Source: Lama guanicoe | Taxonomy: Eukaryota | Length of the DNA: 64,000 bases | NCBI GenBank assembly: GCA_013239625.1 | Contig: MU053379.1 | Location: 8,490-72,489, forward strand | Direction: 5' to 3' | Shown here: positions 12,308 through 26,396 of the stretch, one piece after another | Layout: each line of letters starts with the position of its first letter | How positions within the stretch are numbered: the stretch's first letter is position 1 | Notes under the pieces: model-generated | What the model was told of the DNA's origin: nothing | The model's input: only the letters and a program-made list of their open reading frames with translations | The model's database searches: none | Translations under genes and position numbers: made by a program

Positions 12308-14894
12308 AGATTCTTTGTAAGACTTGAAAACATAACAAAGCTATGAAAATCAATCATTGTCTCTTCACATTGCCCCTTATTCCCACATCCAGCTTTAATC
12401 ATTGTTAACATGTGAGGTGTGTACCCTTCTAGACCTTTTCTATATTAGAGTTTTATTTATATATGCAGATACGCATATAACCTTGTAAAGCATATGTGTT
12501 TTGTACGTGTATATGTGTGTGCACACACATGCACAAACACACATGCATGCCCACACACATTGTTTTCCTAAGATGGTATGATTTTGTAAGTATCCTGAAA
12601 CTTGCCATCTTTTCACTTAATAAAAAGTCCTACCATTTTTTTATCTTTAGTTCCTATAGACCTACCTGGAAGAGTAACACTGGGACTGCCATCAGTCATT
12701 TCTACTTTAGTATGAAAAAAGTTCTCTAGATGAAGATACTGGGCAAGAAAGAAGGGTGGAGCAGACTTTCCAGTCTGGCCCACTCCACTCCACTTCATTC
12801 CACTTCTGATGGCCATACTGCTAGAGGTTGGAAAGATAACGCCTGCATTTGAAAGACTCCCTTGCATCTTAGGGAACCAAATTACTTTTAGGAGATACCT
12901 GCGGTACTTGGAAGGCGGCAGTGAGCTAGCTAGCTCCTTCTTCCCTTCTATGTGTCTCCAGGGAAGTGTGGTTCTGGAGAGGTGGGGCTGAGGGGCCTAT
13001 TTATCAGGAAGGCTCACAGGCAAAGTGACATGTTCTTGGAGGTAAGAGTGTGATGGTGGCTTCCTGACCCCAGATCAGCTCAGAGCCTGTGTGGCCTGGG
13101 GGCCAGGGGAAGGGTGTGTGGCTTCCTGACCATGGCCAGGAAGCAGCTGCTTTGGGAGGCCTGTGTGGGAGTCCTCAGCCAAGGGCCCTGTTGTTGTCCT
13201 CTCAATGGTTTTGTAAAATCCACCTCCCTGCAGTAAATCCCTTTCTATTTAAAACCAGGTAGCTTCTGACAACCCTAATTAAACTATCACAGAAAAAAAG
13301 AAGGAAGAGCAGAGAAAGGCGAAGACTGGAAACTTCTACTTTGGGACAACGTCTCTAAATTATTCACATACGCTAATGGAAATGAATCATTTCAATTCAT
13401 TAATTGATAATGAGATGAGTAATACCCAATAGACAATGGCTGGCAAACACTGGCTTTTATCACTGGGTTAGAACTTAATTTAATACAGATGTTTCATGCC
13501 CCGGAAGTTCATACTGCCGCTGGGAATTCCCACCTTGGGGACATGTGACAACCCCCTCTTTCAACACTTCTCCTCACTGAACTCTTCCTGGATGAAGGCG
13601 ACTGAAGTCATCTCTCAGTCTGAGTTCTCAGCTTGGTGGCACTGGAGGTAGATTCCAACAAACGAAGTATCATGATTTTCAGATGTCTTCTAAGCCAGTT
13701 CTGTCTTTTTGTCCCTCCTTTTCTTTTTTTTTTAATTTTAAAAGAAAGCCATTTCCACACTAAAGCACCTGGCTGCTGAGAATATGCCCAAGAATCTGAC
13801 CCATCTTCATTTCTGTTTCTTTCAGCCCCATCCAGAGTGAAAAGGGGAAAAGACTGTGTTGGACTAACCGTGAAGACGTTATGAAGAGGGTTCTCCAGCA
13901 CTGATATCAGTATGTGTGCTGGCTGCAGTGGCCTGAAGTGCTTTTGAAAACCTCTTGAATCTACTTAGAACTTTTGTAGTTTTCCAAAAGAATATTTTTA
14001 CCTGCCTTCAAGTATGTGAGCAAAACCAATTTTCCAAAAGAGCAGCCTTACAAAATAAGTGGAGCATAACAACACCAACACTCCGTAAGCATTGTGCACG
14101 TGCAGGACTTGCTTCTTTGTGAATCGCATTGAGACAGGGAGAAAGGGAGAGAGACCCTAGTCCTTCTCTGTTCAGGGCACCATCCTTGGAGCTACAGAAT
14201 TTTTGAGTGCTCTTTTCTTCTGTACAGTCTTTGAATCAGACCTGGACTCCTTTATGGCACTAGGGAGAAGAAATTCATCTTCTTACCGCCAGCCCCCCAA
14301 GTCATCTCCAAAGCCCAGTCTCCGCTGTCTGGTTTCGATCTCAGCTGACCCCTGGGCCTCACCCTTCCCTCTGTGCTGTGGCTCCACCCCATCAGAGCCT
14401 GGAGGTGGAGGGAGACAAGCTCTTCTCTGCCTTTGTCTTCTTTGCTGCCCTGATGACAAGAATGCACATCTTATAGTGGTTTTGCCACTGACGTCGCCAA
14501 AGAAAAACCAACAGGGGAAGACAAAACAACTGGCAAGGTTAAGTCCTTGGCACCTGGGTCTCTGGACGCTGGCTTCTAACATTTCCATTTTCATGCTAAT
14601 TACAATAGAAATACTCACCCCCGAGGGTGGTGCTGGCCAACCACATCCCCTCTTCCTATGGGGCTCTCGGTGAAGACACGGCCAGGCCTGCTCCATGAGA
14701 ACCCTTAGCACCCTCAGTCACCACAGGTGCAAAACATCCCACATTGCTGCCTCCCTCCTGCACCAGAAATCCATTCCCATTACTTTCTACTGACCAGAGT
14801 ATTTAAAAATGACTTTTATAATTTAGAGCAAGGATTGGCAAACTACGACTCCCAAGCCAAATCTGGCCACAGCCTATTTTGGTATAGTCCTCAA

Positions 14895-15205
14895 ATTAAT
14901 GTATGTATTATATATATAATATTATAATAATATATGTAATGTGTACTATATATAAAGATGTATATTAGATAGCATGTATAAAATACATGTTATAATATAT
15001 ATAAAAATAGATATATATACTTGAAAGAGATATCTATATCTAAAATATATATAAATATCTGAAATATGTAAAATGAAGATATATATATATATACCTTATA
15101 TATGTACCTAAAAGACATATAGATACCTATAATAGATACATATATGTAAAACACATGTATATATGCAAAACATATATATAAATACATATATGAGACATAC
15201 CTAAG
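14895..15205. repeat. TA-rich low-complexity / degenerate minisatellite
   Basis: About 300 bp dominated by ATAT runs, with recurring ATATAC(C/T)T(A/G)AA units. Confidence 0.85.
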
Positions 15206-15209
15206 GATC

Positions 15210-15712
15210 TCAAAGGGTTCCAGAGCAAGTCTTCCCAGAATGTGCCACTTTGACATGCAGACTATTTTGTGGTGAAGTCCATCAAGACCCAGCAGATTCA
15301 AAAATAACACAACATAAAACAAAAACAATCTTTGACCTTAAACTACCTAAAAGAATTCAGATCGGGGGCCTGACCCAGAAAGAGAGCCATTACAAAGAGA
15401 GAGTTTTTACTGGAATGAGCCGTTGCCACTGCAGGACAAAGATCTAATGACCAAAGATACGCTTTTCTTATCATCCTGTGAATCATCACCCTCCTCCCCT
15501 GTGAAGCGTCAAGCCCCTTATGTACAGCTCACAGCGGCACATAAGCCTCAATTACTGACTCGTCCCTGGGTCTCATCGTCCTTGTGGGGCCCCTATATGT
15601 ATGTAATTAAATTTGTTCTTTTTTTCCCTCCTGTTAACCTGTCTTATGTCAGTTTGATAATTAGATCAGTCAAAAAACCTAGAAGGGTAGAGGAAAAACT
15701 TTCCTCTCCAAC
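15210..15712 (+). mobile_element. ERV1-type solo LTR (MER34-like)
   Basis: CCCAGAATGTGCCACTTTGACATGCAGACTATTTTG near the start; ATTAAA followed by CTCCTGTTAACCTGTCTTATGTCAGTTT...CCTAGAAGGGTAGAGGAAAA near the end; homologous to the reverse complement of 3757-4235. Confidence 0.75.
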
Positions 15713-17498
15713 TGAGTGTGTGTATATATACCTAAAGGATATCAGCTCCTGCGCCACCACGGATAGCTCAGTAGACGATGCTTGGAATGAAGCTGTGTTT
15801 AGGCTCGGCCTGAATGAGATGTGTGATTGATTAGTGACGCTCAAGTGTGCACCTGCCCTCCTGGACGGACCCTGAGAAAGGCACTGATTGGGAGCTTTTC
15901 CCCTCATGCATTATTCTATAGGATTGGCTGCCCGGTGACTTTACACATTGTGAAGTGACGGTTGCCCCACTGTGACTGGAGTCGTGGCTCTGAACTCTGT
16001 TGGCTCCTTGACCAGCAGGCACTGCCCAGAGTCCTGGGCTGACCCTGCTGGGATGAAGACATTGCAGGATGTTCAGTCAGATGATATGCCCAGGGCAGAT
16101 TATGTAATGTGTGCACATTCTGGTTTTCTTGTCTGAGTTGGGACACACAGGACACTTCCAGTATCCACCTGATCCCCCACACTTTGTGCAAAGAGACAGC
16201 TTCTTAATTCCCAAGACAAGCAACTAGGGCTCTCTTCCTGAGGGCTTTCTGTGAGCCTTTCAGGAGCGGGCTTGGCCTTTGTGCAGGGCAAGGTAGAAAG
16301 TGCTGGGGAGTTAATACCTAGGACATAACTCAGAGCCGATAAATACCCCAGCTTCCTTTCCCCTTAGATGTGACATCTCTGATGTGTGTTAGGCACAATC
16401 TCCTGGAATTCACCAGTAGTTTTAAACTCTATTTTCCCACGTCTGTAACCTGCTTTTTAACCCCATCCTCCCACTTGGAACTGTATTTTGTGCTGCTTAT
16501 GAAAATGATCCTCTTAGATCTCTGACCCCAGAGAGTATGGAAGACCCACGTCCTGCTAATGCACTCAGAAATCCATCACCATGTTGGACTCAGATCTGTG
16601 CTTCCCATGGGCTGTGTGCTGCCAGGGTCTCAGCCCAGCAGGGAAACTGAGGCAGGCTCAGTCTTGGGAGACACTGAGCTCCTTTAACTGCTGATTATGA
16701 CTCAGGAACTTGCCACTGACTTTGCCAAAACTTCCTTAGAACTGCAGCACTGTCTAAGACTTTCCCACCCCAGCCTTCTTCCTTCTTTCTCCTGCATGGA
16801 GGTGATACCTGCAGCTCCATCTACATTTTTAGCCTCATAAGGAGTTTCCCAATATATCTCTTTCATGTCTAATCCTGTCTTTCTTGGAGGACCCAAGCTA
16901 AGGCAGCAAACGTCCTTTCCTTATCCTGCTCCTCCTCTCCCCTACAGAGGCTTCCTGTGATCACCTTCCAAAGGAACACTTACATCTGGGGGCTGGCTTC
17001 TGTGGGACCCCAACCTCCATAGCATTTCATGAGCATTTTTCTAATGTTGTGTTTATGAGGCAAGCCCAGGCTGACCAACTATGTAATCTCTTGTACCTCA
17101 GATGCACAACTCAAGCTTCCATTGGGAAAACCCACATTTTGATGGCCTAATGAGGTAAATAAGACTAACAGCTGTCTGTGTTGTAGTGTTGTGGTGTTTT
17201 AGCTTCAGGGGTTCATATAAACCTATTAAATCAATTGTGGCCCTACTGCTGTCTTCTAATGTGAACTGAGTGTCAAAAATCATTATCATCCTTGGTTAGC
17301 CAAAAAAAAAAATTATCAATAGCTGGCTTGCAAATGACTCTTCTCTGTGTTGCTTCATGTAGATTGTATAACACAAATCCATTGTCAATATTTGCCTTGC
17401 ATGAATTTCTTTAGCATGGAGCAGCAAAGCTGAAAATATTCCATACAAAACAGACCTGGGGATAATAAGACTGTGAACATAGTTTTTTCAAGAGACAC

Positions 17499-20400
17499 AT
17501 GAGATCCCAGAAAGAGAAGAGAGACAAGAAAGGACCTCAGAAATTATTCAAAGAGATAATAGCCAAAAATGTCCCTAACTTAGGAAACAGTCACCCAAGG
17601 CCAGGAAGTGCAGAGAGTTCTATACAGGATTAACCCAAAAAGAAACACACTGAGACACACAGGAATCAAACTGAAAAAATTAAGAATAAGGAGAAAATGT
17701 TAAAAATCAGCAAGAGAAAAGCAACAAACAATGTACAAGGGAACTCCTATGAAGTTATCAGCTGATTTTTCAGAAGAAACTCTAAAGGCCAGAAGGGAGT
17801 AGCATGATGTATTTAAAGCAATGAAAGGGAAAACCTTACAATCAAGAATACTCTATCCAGCAAGGCTGTCATTCAGATTTGATGGAGAAATCAAAAGCTT
17901 CACAGATAAACAAAAGTTAAAAGAATTCAAGACCTCCAAACCAGCTTTATAACAAATGTTAAAGGACCTTCTTTAGTCATCAAACCACAAGAAAAGAATA
18001 AAAAGAAGAGAGAAAAAAAAAGAACTACAAACTAAAAAATTAGCAAAATGGCAATAAGAATATACGTATTGATAATTACCTTAAATGTAAATGGATTAAA
18101 TGCTCCAACCAAAAGACATAGACTGGCTGAATGGATACAAAAACAGGAACCATATATATGCTGTCTACAAGAGACCCACTTCAGAGCTAGAGAAACATGC
18201 AGGCTGAAAGTGAGGGGATGGAAAAAATATTCCATGCAAATGAAAACCAAAAGAAAGCTGGAGTAGCAATACTTATATCAGATAAAATAGATTTTAAAAT
18301 AAACACTGTTACAAGGGGAAAAGAAGGACAAAACATAATGCTCAAGGAATCAATCCAAGAAGAAGACATAACAATTATAAGTATATAAACACCCAACACA
18401 GGAGCACCTCAATATATAAGACAATTGTTAACAGACATAAAAAAAGAAATTGACAATAACACAATAATAGTGGGGTACATTAACACCTCACTTACATCAG
18501 TGGACAGATCATCCAGATGGAAAATCAATAGGGAAATACAGGCCCTAAATGACACATTAAACCAGATGGACTTAACTGATATCTGTAGAGCAATCCATTC
18601 AAAAATGACAGAATACATGTTCTTCTCAGGTGCACATGGAACATTCTCCAGAATCAACCACATGTTGGTGCTCAAGACAAGCCTCAATAAATTTAAGAAA
18701 CTGAAATTATACCAAGCATCTTTTTGGGCCACAGCACTACAAGGTTAGACTACAAGGTAAAAAATACAAAAACTGCAAACACGTGGAGGCTAAACAATAT
18801 GCTACTAAACAACCAATGGACCACCGAGAAATCAAAGAGGAAATCTAAAAGTACTTTGAGACAAATGAAAATGAAAATACAATGATCCAAAACCTCTGGG
18901 ATGTAGCAAAAGCAGTTCTAAGAGGGAAGTTTATAGTAGTGATACAAGCCCACCTCAGGAAACAAGAGAAATAGCAAAGAAACAACCTAACCTTATACCT
19001 AAAACAGCTGGAGAAAGAAGAACAAACCAACACTGAAGTTAGTAGAAGAAAAGAAATCATAAAGATCAGAGCAGAAATAAGTGAAACAGAGACTTAAAAC
19101 AATAGACGAGATCAATGAAACTAAAAGTTGGTTATTTGAAAAGATAAACAAAATTGATAAACATTTGGTCAGACTCACTAGGAAAAAAAGGGAGAGGGCT
19201 CAAATTAATAAAATCAGAAATGAAAAAGGAAGTCACAAATGACACCACAGAAATACAAGGGATCATAAGAGACTACTATAAGCAACTACACACCAACAAA
19301 AAGGACAGCCTAGAAGAAATGGACAATTTCTTAGAAAGGTATAATTTGCCAAGGCTGAATCAAGAAAAAATAGACAATATGAATAGACCAATTACCTGTA
19401 CTGAAATTAAATCAGTAACTTTCAAAACTCCCAACAAACAAAAGTTCAGGACCAGATGGCTTTACAGGCGAATTCTACCATTTAGAGAAGAGTTAACACC
19501 TACCCTTCTGAAACTATTCCAAAAAATTACAGAGGAAGGAACACTTCCAAACTCATTCTATGAGGCTGCAATCACCCTGATACCAAAACCAGACAAAGTT
19601 ATCACACAAAAAAAGAAAATTACAGGCTAATATCACTTATGAATATAGAGGCAAAAATCCTCAGCAAAACACTAGCAAATCGACTCCAACAATGAATTAA
19701 AAAGATCATACACTATGACCAAGTGGGATTTATCCCAGGGGTGCAAGGCTTTTTTAATATCTGAAAATCAATCAATGTGATACACCACATTAACAAACTG
19801 AAGAATAAAAACCATATGGTCATCTCAATAGATGCAGAAAAAACTTTTGATAAAATTCAACATTCATTTATGATAAGAACTCTCCAGAAAGTGGGCATAA
19901 ACAGAACATACCTCAACATAATAAAGGCCGTATATGACAAACCCACAGCTAACATCATACTCAATGATGAAAAGCTGAAAGCATTTCCTCTAAGATCAGG
20001 AACAAGACAAGGATGCCCACTCTTGCCACTTTTATTCAACATAGTTTTGGAAGTCCTAGCTGTAGCAATCAGAGAAGAAGAAGAAATAAAGGGAGTCCAA
20101 ATCAGAAAAGAAGAAGTAAAACTGTCACTGTTTGTGAATGACATGATACTATACATAGAAAACCCTAAAGAAGCAACCAGAAAACTACTAGAACTCATCA
20201 ATAAATTTACTAAGTTGCAGGATACAAAATCAATATACAGAAATTAGTTGCATTTCTATACACTAACAATGAAATAGCAGAAAAAGAAATTAAGGAAACA
20301 ATCCCATTTACCATCACACCAAAAAGAATAAAATACCTGGGAATAAACCTACCCAAGGAGGCAAAGGACCTGCACTCCAAAAACTATAAGACATTGACGA

Positions 20401-21785
20401 AAGATATTGAAGATGACAAACAGATGGAAGGATATACCATGTTCTTGGATTGGAAGAATCAATATTTTTTAAATGACCATACTGCCCAAGGCAATATACA
20501 GAATCAATGCAATCCCTATCAAATTACCAATGACATTTTTCACAGAACTGGAACAAAAAAAATGTTAAAATTTGTATGAAAACACAAAAGACCCAAAATT
20601 GCCAAAACAGATTTGAAAAAGGAGAATGGAGATGGGAGCATGACTTCATGCTCCCTGACTTCAGACTATACTACACAGCTACAGTAATCAAAACAGTGTG
20701 GTACTAGCACAAAAAAAGACACATAGATCAATGAAACAGGATAGAAAGTCCAGAAATAAACCCACACACTTATGGTCAATTACCCTATGATAAAGGAGGC
20801 AGGAATATATAATGGAGCAAAGACAGTCTCTTCAACAAGTGGTGCTGGGAAAACTGGAAAGCTACCTGTAAAAGACTGAAATTAGAAATTCTCTAACATC
20901 ATACACAAAAATAAACTTAAAATGGATTGAAGACTTGAATGTAAGACCAGATACTATAAAACTCCTAGAGGAAAACATAGGTATAACACTCTTGGGCATA
21001 AATCACAGCAATATTTTTTTGAATCAGCTCCTAGAGTAATGGAAGTAAAGCAAAAATAAACAAATGGGATCTAATTAAACTTAAAAGCTTTTGCACAACT
21101 AAGGATGCCAGCAACAAAACGAAAAGATAACTTACAGAATGGGTGAAAACATTTACAAATGATGCAATCGACAAGGGAATAATTTCCAAAATATACAAAC
21201 AGCTCATACAGCTCAATTAAAAAAAAAATCAAGCAACCCAATCAAAAAATGGGCAGAATACCTAAATAGACATCTCTCCAAAGAAGACATCCACATGGCC
21301 AAAGGGCATATGAAAAAAATCTCAACATCACTAATTGTTAGAGAAATGCAAATCAAAACTGCAATGAGACTGTCACCTCACACCACTCAGAATGGCCATC
21401 ATTAAAAAATCCACAAATGGTAAGTGCTGGAGAGGGTGTGGAGAAAAAGGAAACTTCCTACACTGTTGGTGGGAATGTAAATATGTGCAGCCACTATGGA
21501 GGACAGTATGGAGATTCCTCAAAAAACTAAAAGTGGACTTACCATATGATCCAGCAATCCCACTTCTGGAAATACATCTGGAGGAAAATATAATTCGAAA
21601 AGACACACATACCCCAGTGTTCACAGTAGCACTATTTACAATAGCCAAGACACAGAAACAATCTAAATGCCCATTGACAGATGACTGGATAAAGAAAATG
21701 TGGTATATTTATACAATGGAATACTACTCAACCATAAAAAATAATAAAATAATGCCATTTGCAGCAACATGGATGGACCTGGAGA
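17499..21785 (+). mobile_element. L1 retrotransposon, about 4.3 kb, defective: 3' part of ORF1 plus nearly complete, disrupted ORF2
   Basis: ORF track shows endonuclease start (ITLNVNGLNAPTKRHRLAEWI), RT ([32 protein letters not shown]) and C-terminal CWRGCGEKG...HCWWEC; many stops and frameshifts. Confidence 0.97.
18048..21785 (+). pseudogene. L1 ORF2 (APE endonuclease / reverse transcriptase), fragmented
   Basis: ORF fragments 18048-18266, 18197-18388, 18425-18748, 19154-19630, 19777-20247 and 21392-21796 in shifting frames, collinear with L1 ORF2p. Confidence 0.93.
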
Positions 21786-22248
21786 CTCGTTTCTGAGATT
21801 TGACTCTATACTACACCTGCTTGGTGCTCAAAAACCTAAGTGTTCTGAGTAAACTGAGACCTAGCAAGCAGGAGGATAAATCTTGCATGATATATAAATT
21901 TCTAAGTTTAAAAAGAGCCAGAATTCATGAGAAAAATGGATATCAGAATATTATCTGATGTTAAATATGTAATTTTTGGAGGCATTGTTAATTTTCAGGC
22001 ACTTAACTTCCTAATTCAGAAAAGTCAATAGAGCTTTTTTTTTTTCCTTATGGAAGAACCAAATATCCATCTTTGTGACTGTGTGGGGAATACAAGTCTT
22101 AGGATGGCTAGTTTTTCTCTGTGAGTTAGCATGTTAGTTCAGCCAATCAGCTTCTTGGCAAAGTGGCTGGTGTGCTTAAGAGCCAGAAATACGTCCTTAG
22201 TTATTTGTTGTTTAGGGGTGCGTGTGTGTGGTGTGTGGTGGTGGGGGG

Positions 22249-22810
22249 TGTTACTGCACAAAAGTTTTTGGGCCTGATGCACAATGAGGCCAAAGGAACC
22301 AAAAACTCAGTTTGGAGCAGAGAAAATTTTATGGCAGGGCCAAGCAAGGATGGGTGGGTCACGCTCAAAAATCCCGAACTCCCCAATAGCTTCTGGGGAA
22401 AACGATTTTATACCAAAATTCAGGGTGAGGGCTGCAGGGTGTGTGACTTTCATCTGATTGGTTGGTGGTGAGGTAAGAGGGCGGTGCTCCAGGAATCTTG
22501 TGCTGAGCCTGAAGGTACCATGCCCCACCTGGGTGGGGACCTTAATTCCTGCAGAAGAACCCAGATATCCTTAGGTATATTCCTCAAGGAGAAACAGGAC
22601 CCTGCCCCAAGGCTGCACTACTGTTTCTTAACTGTCCTTCCATTGTCTCTGCACTTCCTCCCTTCCCTGATCAGCAACTGTTTGAATCTACCCTTTGGAA
22701 CTTAGGGAAGGTCAAGAAGGCTGAATGAAGCCTATTTCTGAAAACAAGAAATGGGGGACACGGAAAAGATTTGTACCAGGGAGGACCCCACAGCATCCTG
22801 CTCTGTTTCA
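22249..22810 (-). mobile_element. ERV1-type solo LTR (MER41-like artiodactyl family)
   Basis: TGTTA...TTTCA termini; TSD GGGG at 22245-22248 and 22811-22814; minus strand has CCAATCAG, a TATA-like ATAAAA and a degenerate polyA signal. Confidence 0.8.
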
Positions 22811-23329
22811 GGGGTGTTGCTCCCTCTCCAGTGTTCATCAACATGGCTGTGGGCCAGAGAATCATAGTACCATCCCCAAAACACTCCCTCTTCAATTTAT
22901 TCTTTGGTTCACTCCTGGGGGGAGGATATACTCGTTGCCTCTTTAACATCCTTTCTTCCAGCCCCCATCTCCTCTGTTGTGGCCTGACTGGGAAATTCCA
23001 TGCTGGTTTCAGCTTCCTAAAGCAAATATGTTTCTGTGGCTGGAACAATTGGGTGAAAGTCTAAAGGACCAGGTGACCTTTTATCTTCGATGCTACTTGT
23101 CCAGCTGAGCTGGGAGCAGTTGTGGAGTAAGAGTTGAGAACTGCATCTTTGTTGGAATATTTGTAAATACAAATAAATATATTGCTCCAGAAGAACACTG
23201 AATAGAGGTTGTTATCGAAAAGTTATACTAACATGATTTTTTAAAACTCTGTGGAACATTTAGTCTGGAAGGTGTCAGAGTTATCAGCTCCTGTTTTTAT
23301 CTGTGAGAAGATGTAGAAGCTGTTGGAGT

Positions 23330-23913
23330 TTGGGAGGAAGAAAAACTTTTCCTAGAGGAAATCCTCTTAGGTTTAGTACCTGAAATCTGAGAAATAAACA
23401 GACAAAATACAGATTAACAGAGGAACAGACAATTTTTAATCGATGTTATTATTTTTTATGTGCATGCAAGATTCACAGAAAGGAAGTAAAAATTCAAAGA
23501 AGCAGCTAAACTGGGGGTGAGGCTGCATATATACCATTTTAACAAAGGGTGATAAATTGTGGAGAAGTGACTAGACAAGAGGAAGGGAGTTTGGGCTTCT
23601 AAGGGGGATATGTTTTGGGAAAATGACTAGGAAATATGTAAGGAAATCTACTGGAAGATAAGGATTATTTTAGTAAATTCTGTCTATGCAAATTCATTCA
23701 GTGTGACCACTCCCCCAGCCCCATCTCCAGAGATAAGAGTAAATCTCTTTGTCCTGGTACAGAAGGACACCTTCCTCAAAGGAAAATGAATGCCCTGCCT
23801 TTTGGCATATAAGGAGTGGGCAGAGAACTTGTCCTGCATCAGTTCCCTTAGGTTCAAAATAATCCTTATGCCAGAGCAACATAGTTTGGGGTGTTATATT
23901 CTCATCCCCTTCC
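23330..23913 (-). mobile_element. ERV1-type solo LTR (MER34-like)
   Basis: CAGATTAACAG and AAAATAATCCTTATGCCAGAG...TTTGGGGTGTTATATTCT blocks shared with 3757-4235; ends approximate. Confidence 0.75.
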
Positions 23914-24341
23914 GATTCTAAGAGGATCAAAGAGAAATCATTGTATAGCAGGTCATCCTGACACACAGAACATCTGGTTTAAACCTCGGAATGAAGGAGC
24001 AGAGGGGAAAGCTCGCCTACCTTGAGAGCACAGTGCACGAAAAGCAGAGATGAATTAGGGTTTTCTTTGTCATATCCCAGAAAAGAGAAATCAGAAACTC
24101 CAAATGTCAAAGTTAAAAGGGAAGGAAGAAAGAATTTCCTGCAGCCTGTCAACTTTGAAGATGAAGAAATGGGAATCTAGAGAAGCTAAGTGACCTGTCC
24201 ACAGTGACCTAGACACATAGACTAACTGATTGTGGGATGGGAACCCACTTACTAAATGGACCAGTTAGGGAGCTTCCAGCTGCAAGAAACAGAAATGGCT
24301 TGAGCAGCAAGGGCTCATGATCTCTCACAAGAAGTGTTGTC

Positions 24342-24536
24342 AACCTACTGTACAGCACAGGGAACTATAGTCAGTTTCTTGTAGCAAGCTGTAATGAAAA
24401 AGAATCTGAAAATATATGTACATGTAAATGTATATATAACTGAATCGGTTAGCTGTACACCTGAAATTAACATTGTAAATCAACTATCCTTCAATAAAAA
24501 ATAAAATTTAAAAAAATTATGGGAGAGAAAAAAATG
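24342..24536 (+). mobile_element. Short 5'-truncated L1 3' end
   Basis: CCTACTGTACAGCACAGGGAACTAT...TGTAAATCAACTATCCTTCAATAAAAAATAAAA; possible TSD GAAGTGTTG/GAAGTGCTG. Confidence 0.88.
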
Positions 24537-26396
24537 AAGTGCTGCTGGAGCGTAGCACCAAGGTTACAGGAACCACACATTTTATTAGCCAGGATTACTT
24601 AAACCATGTCAAGGCGATTCCCTTCCTACCCCTTGGGGGTAGTATGTCACCAAAAGAGGGTAAATACAGAATAGATTCGGGAATCTTGCTTCAAGAAAGA
24701 AAGAGTGGAAGGAAGGGATTAGATAAAGAACCAACACCTGGATCTGGAACCCAGCACCCAGGGACCTTCACAACTGACACAAGGTTTACTTTAGAATTTG
24801 GGGATAAATCCAGTAAAGGTCAATGGATATTCAGAACAGTGTTTTTGGATAATGAGACTGAGATGTATCACTAAAAGGGCTCAAATCTCATCAAGAAGGC
24901 ATCACTTAACACTTAATTAATTTGAAATAAACTACATTCTTGGAAACTAGCAAGTCCATGCCTAGGGGCTGTTTGTGGCTGATAATAATGCAACTGAAAA
25001 TGAGAGAGTAGAAATTCTTCCAGGTCCCACCCATATGAAGGACAGAGGGTGCCTACCTTATCCAGCCCCAGTTTTGTCTCAGGAAAGCGACCTTCTGCCG
25101 CAGAGTAAATCTGCTGGTCTCTGACGTGTGCAGGATAAATGATCACACAAGACCCCGATATCCCTCTGCTCTGATGCTCCGTCTTCTTGTGAAACCTGCA
25201 AGCAACCTCCTAATGATGTTTTAGCTTTCCCACTACCCTAATCCTGGGAAAGAGGCATCTTGGATGAAGACCTTGAATACTTTGAATACTGAGAAGGCAT
25301 CTATCTCCTCTATTGCAAATTAATAAACTGGCATCATTCTGACATACATGTCTAGTGTGTCTTTGATGGGTTGGGTTTGTGATTAGAAATGAAAAATAAA
25401 CAAGTCAGTCCTGGACAACCACAGATGAAGACCAGACCACAAGCCCACGTTGTCCATGTCAAGGGCAGACACTTTAGGGGGTCCTGCTGGAAGATGCAAC
25501 TTGCCAACCCGTGAGCCTCACTCACTCCCCTCTCCTCCTCTGTTGCTCAGCCACCACTGCACTTTGGGGCAGGACTCTGCAAGCTGACATATATCAAAAC
25601 CGAGCTGGCTCCCGGTGGAGAGGTTTCCTTCTCCTCTTCTGCCATGTTCCCTGTGTGGTACTGCTGCCCCAGCTACAGACTCTCGGCTCCCCAGTCCTCA
25701 CTCGGGGCTGTGCAGACCTGAAGATTGATGAGTTCTCTGGGCTGCAGGGAGCTCTGTAGAGCTCTGGCCTCCTGGAGGACATTAGTTTGGCCCCATTTCC
25801 CATTGGTGGTAATTGAATGTCAGGGTAACAGATGGAGGGTGCGGAGAATGAATGGCAATCTCGCCTTCCAGGGTTTTGTGGAGGAAGGCAGGGTTACGAT
25901 TTTCAGATTTCAAGAGTTTTAACGTTTTGGGTTATTTTGGTGTCTGCTCTTAACTTTTGGAGGGAATTTGGCAAGTAAAGAAAATGCAAGAAATCCTAAT
26001 TTCTCAACTCTGGTTTCTAAAAATTCTCTTTATGGGAATTGACACAGAACCATCTAAGGAGAGACCTCCAAGACTGACTATAGCGAACCAGAAAGAATTC
26101 AGGGGTTAAAGCACCTGCTTAGACATTTATTCACCATTATGAGTCTAGGAAGTCATCTTGCCCTGCCCACAAATACTAAAATGTTTGTCCTACCTACATC
26201 AGTATGTGGGACTTTGGTTAATTTGACTTTTCATCATCCATTCCTGTCCAGGTATATTATCTTTTCTTTTAGGAAACCACCCGTCCTCTTGGCCCATGAG
26301 TTTAGCTGAAGATGATCCTCTCTGCCCCTGGCCTTGGCAGAGGCCAGACGATCCAGCACTGGCCAATCAGTGTGTTCTGTGGATCTTCTCAGAAGT

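Noticed and set aside
14203..14711. Overlapping 156-aa and 142-aa ORFs on opposite strands
   Set aside because: Non-ATG starts and no recognisable protein features; consistent with chance in moderately GC-rich DNA
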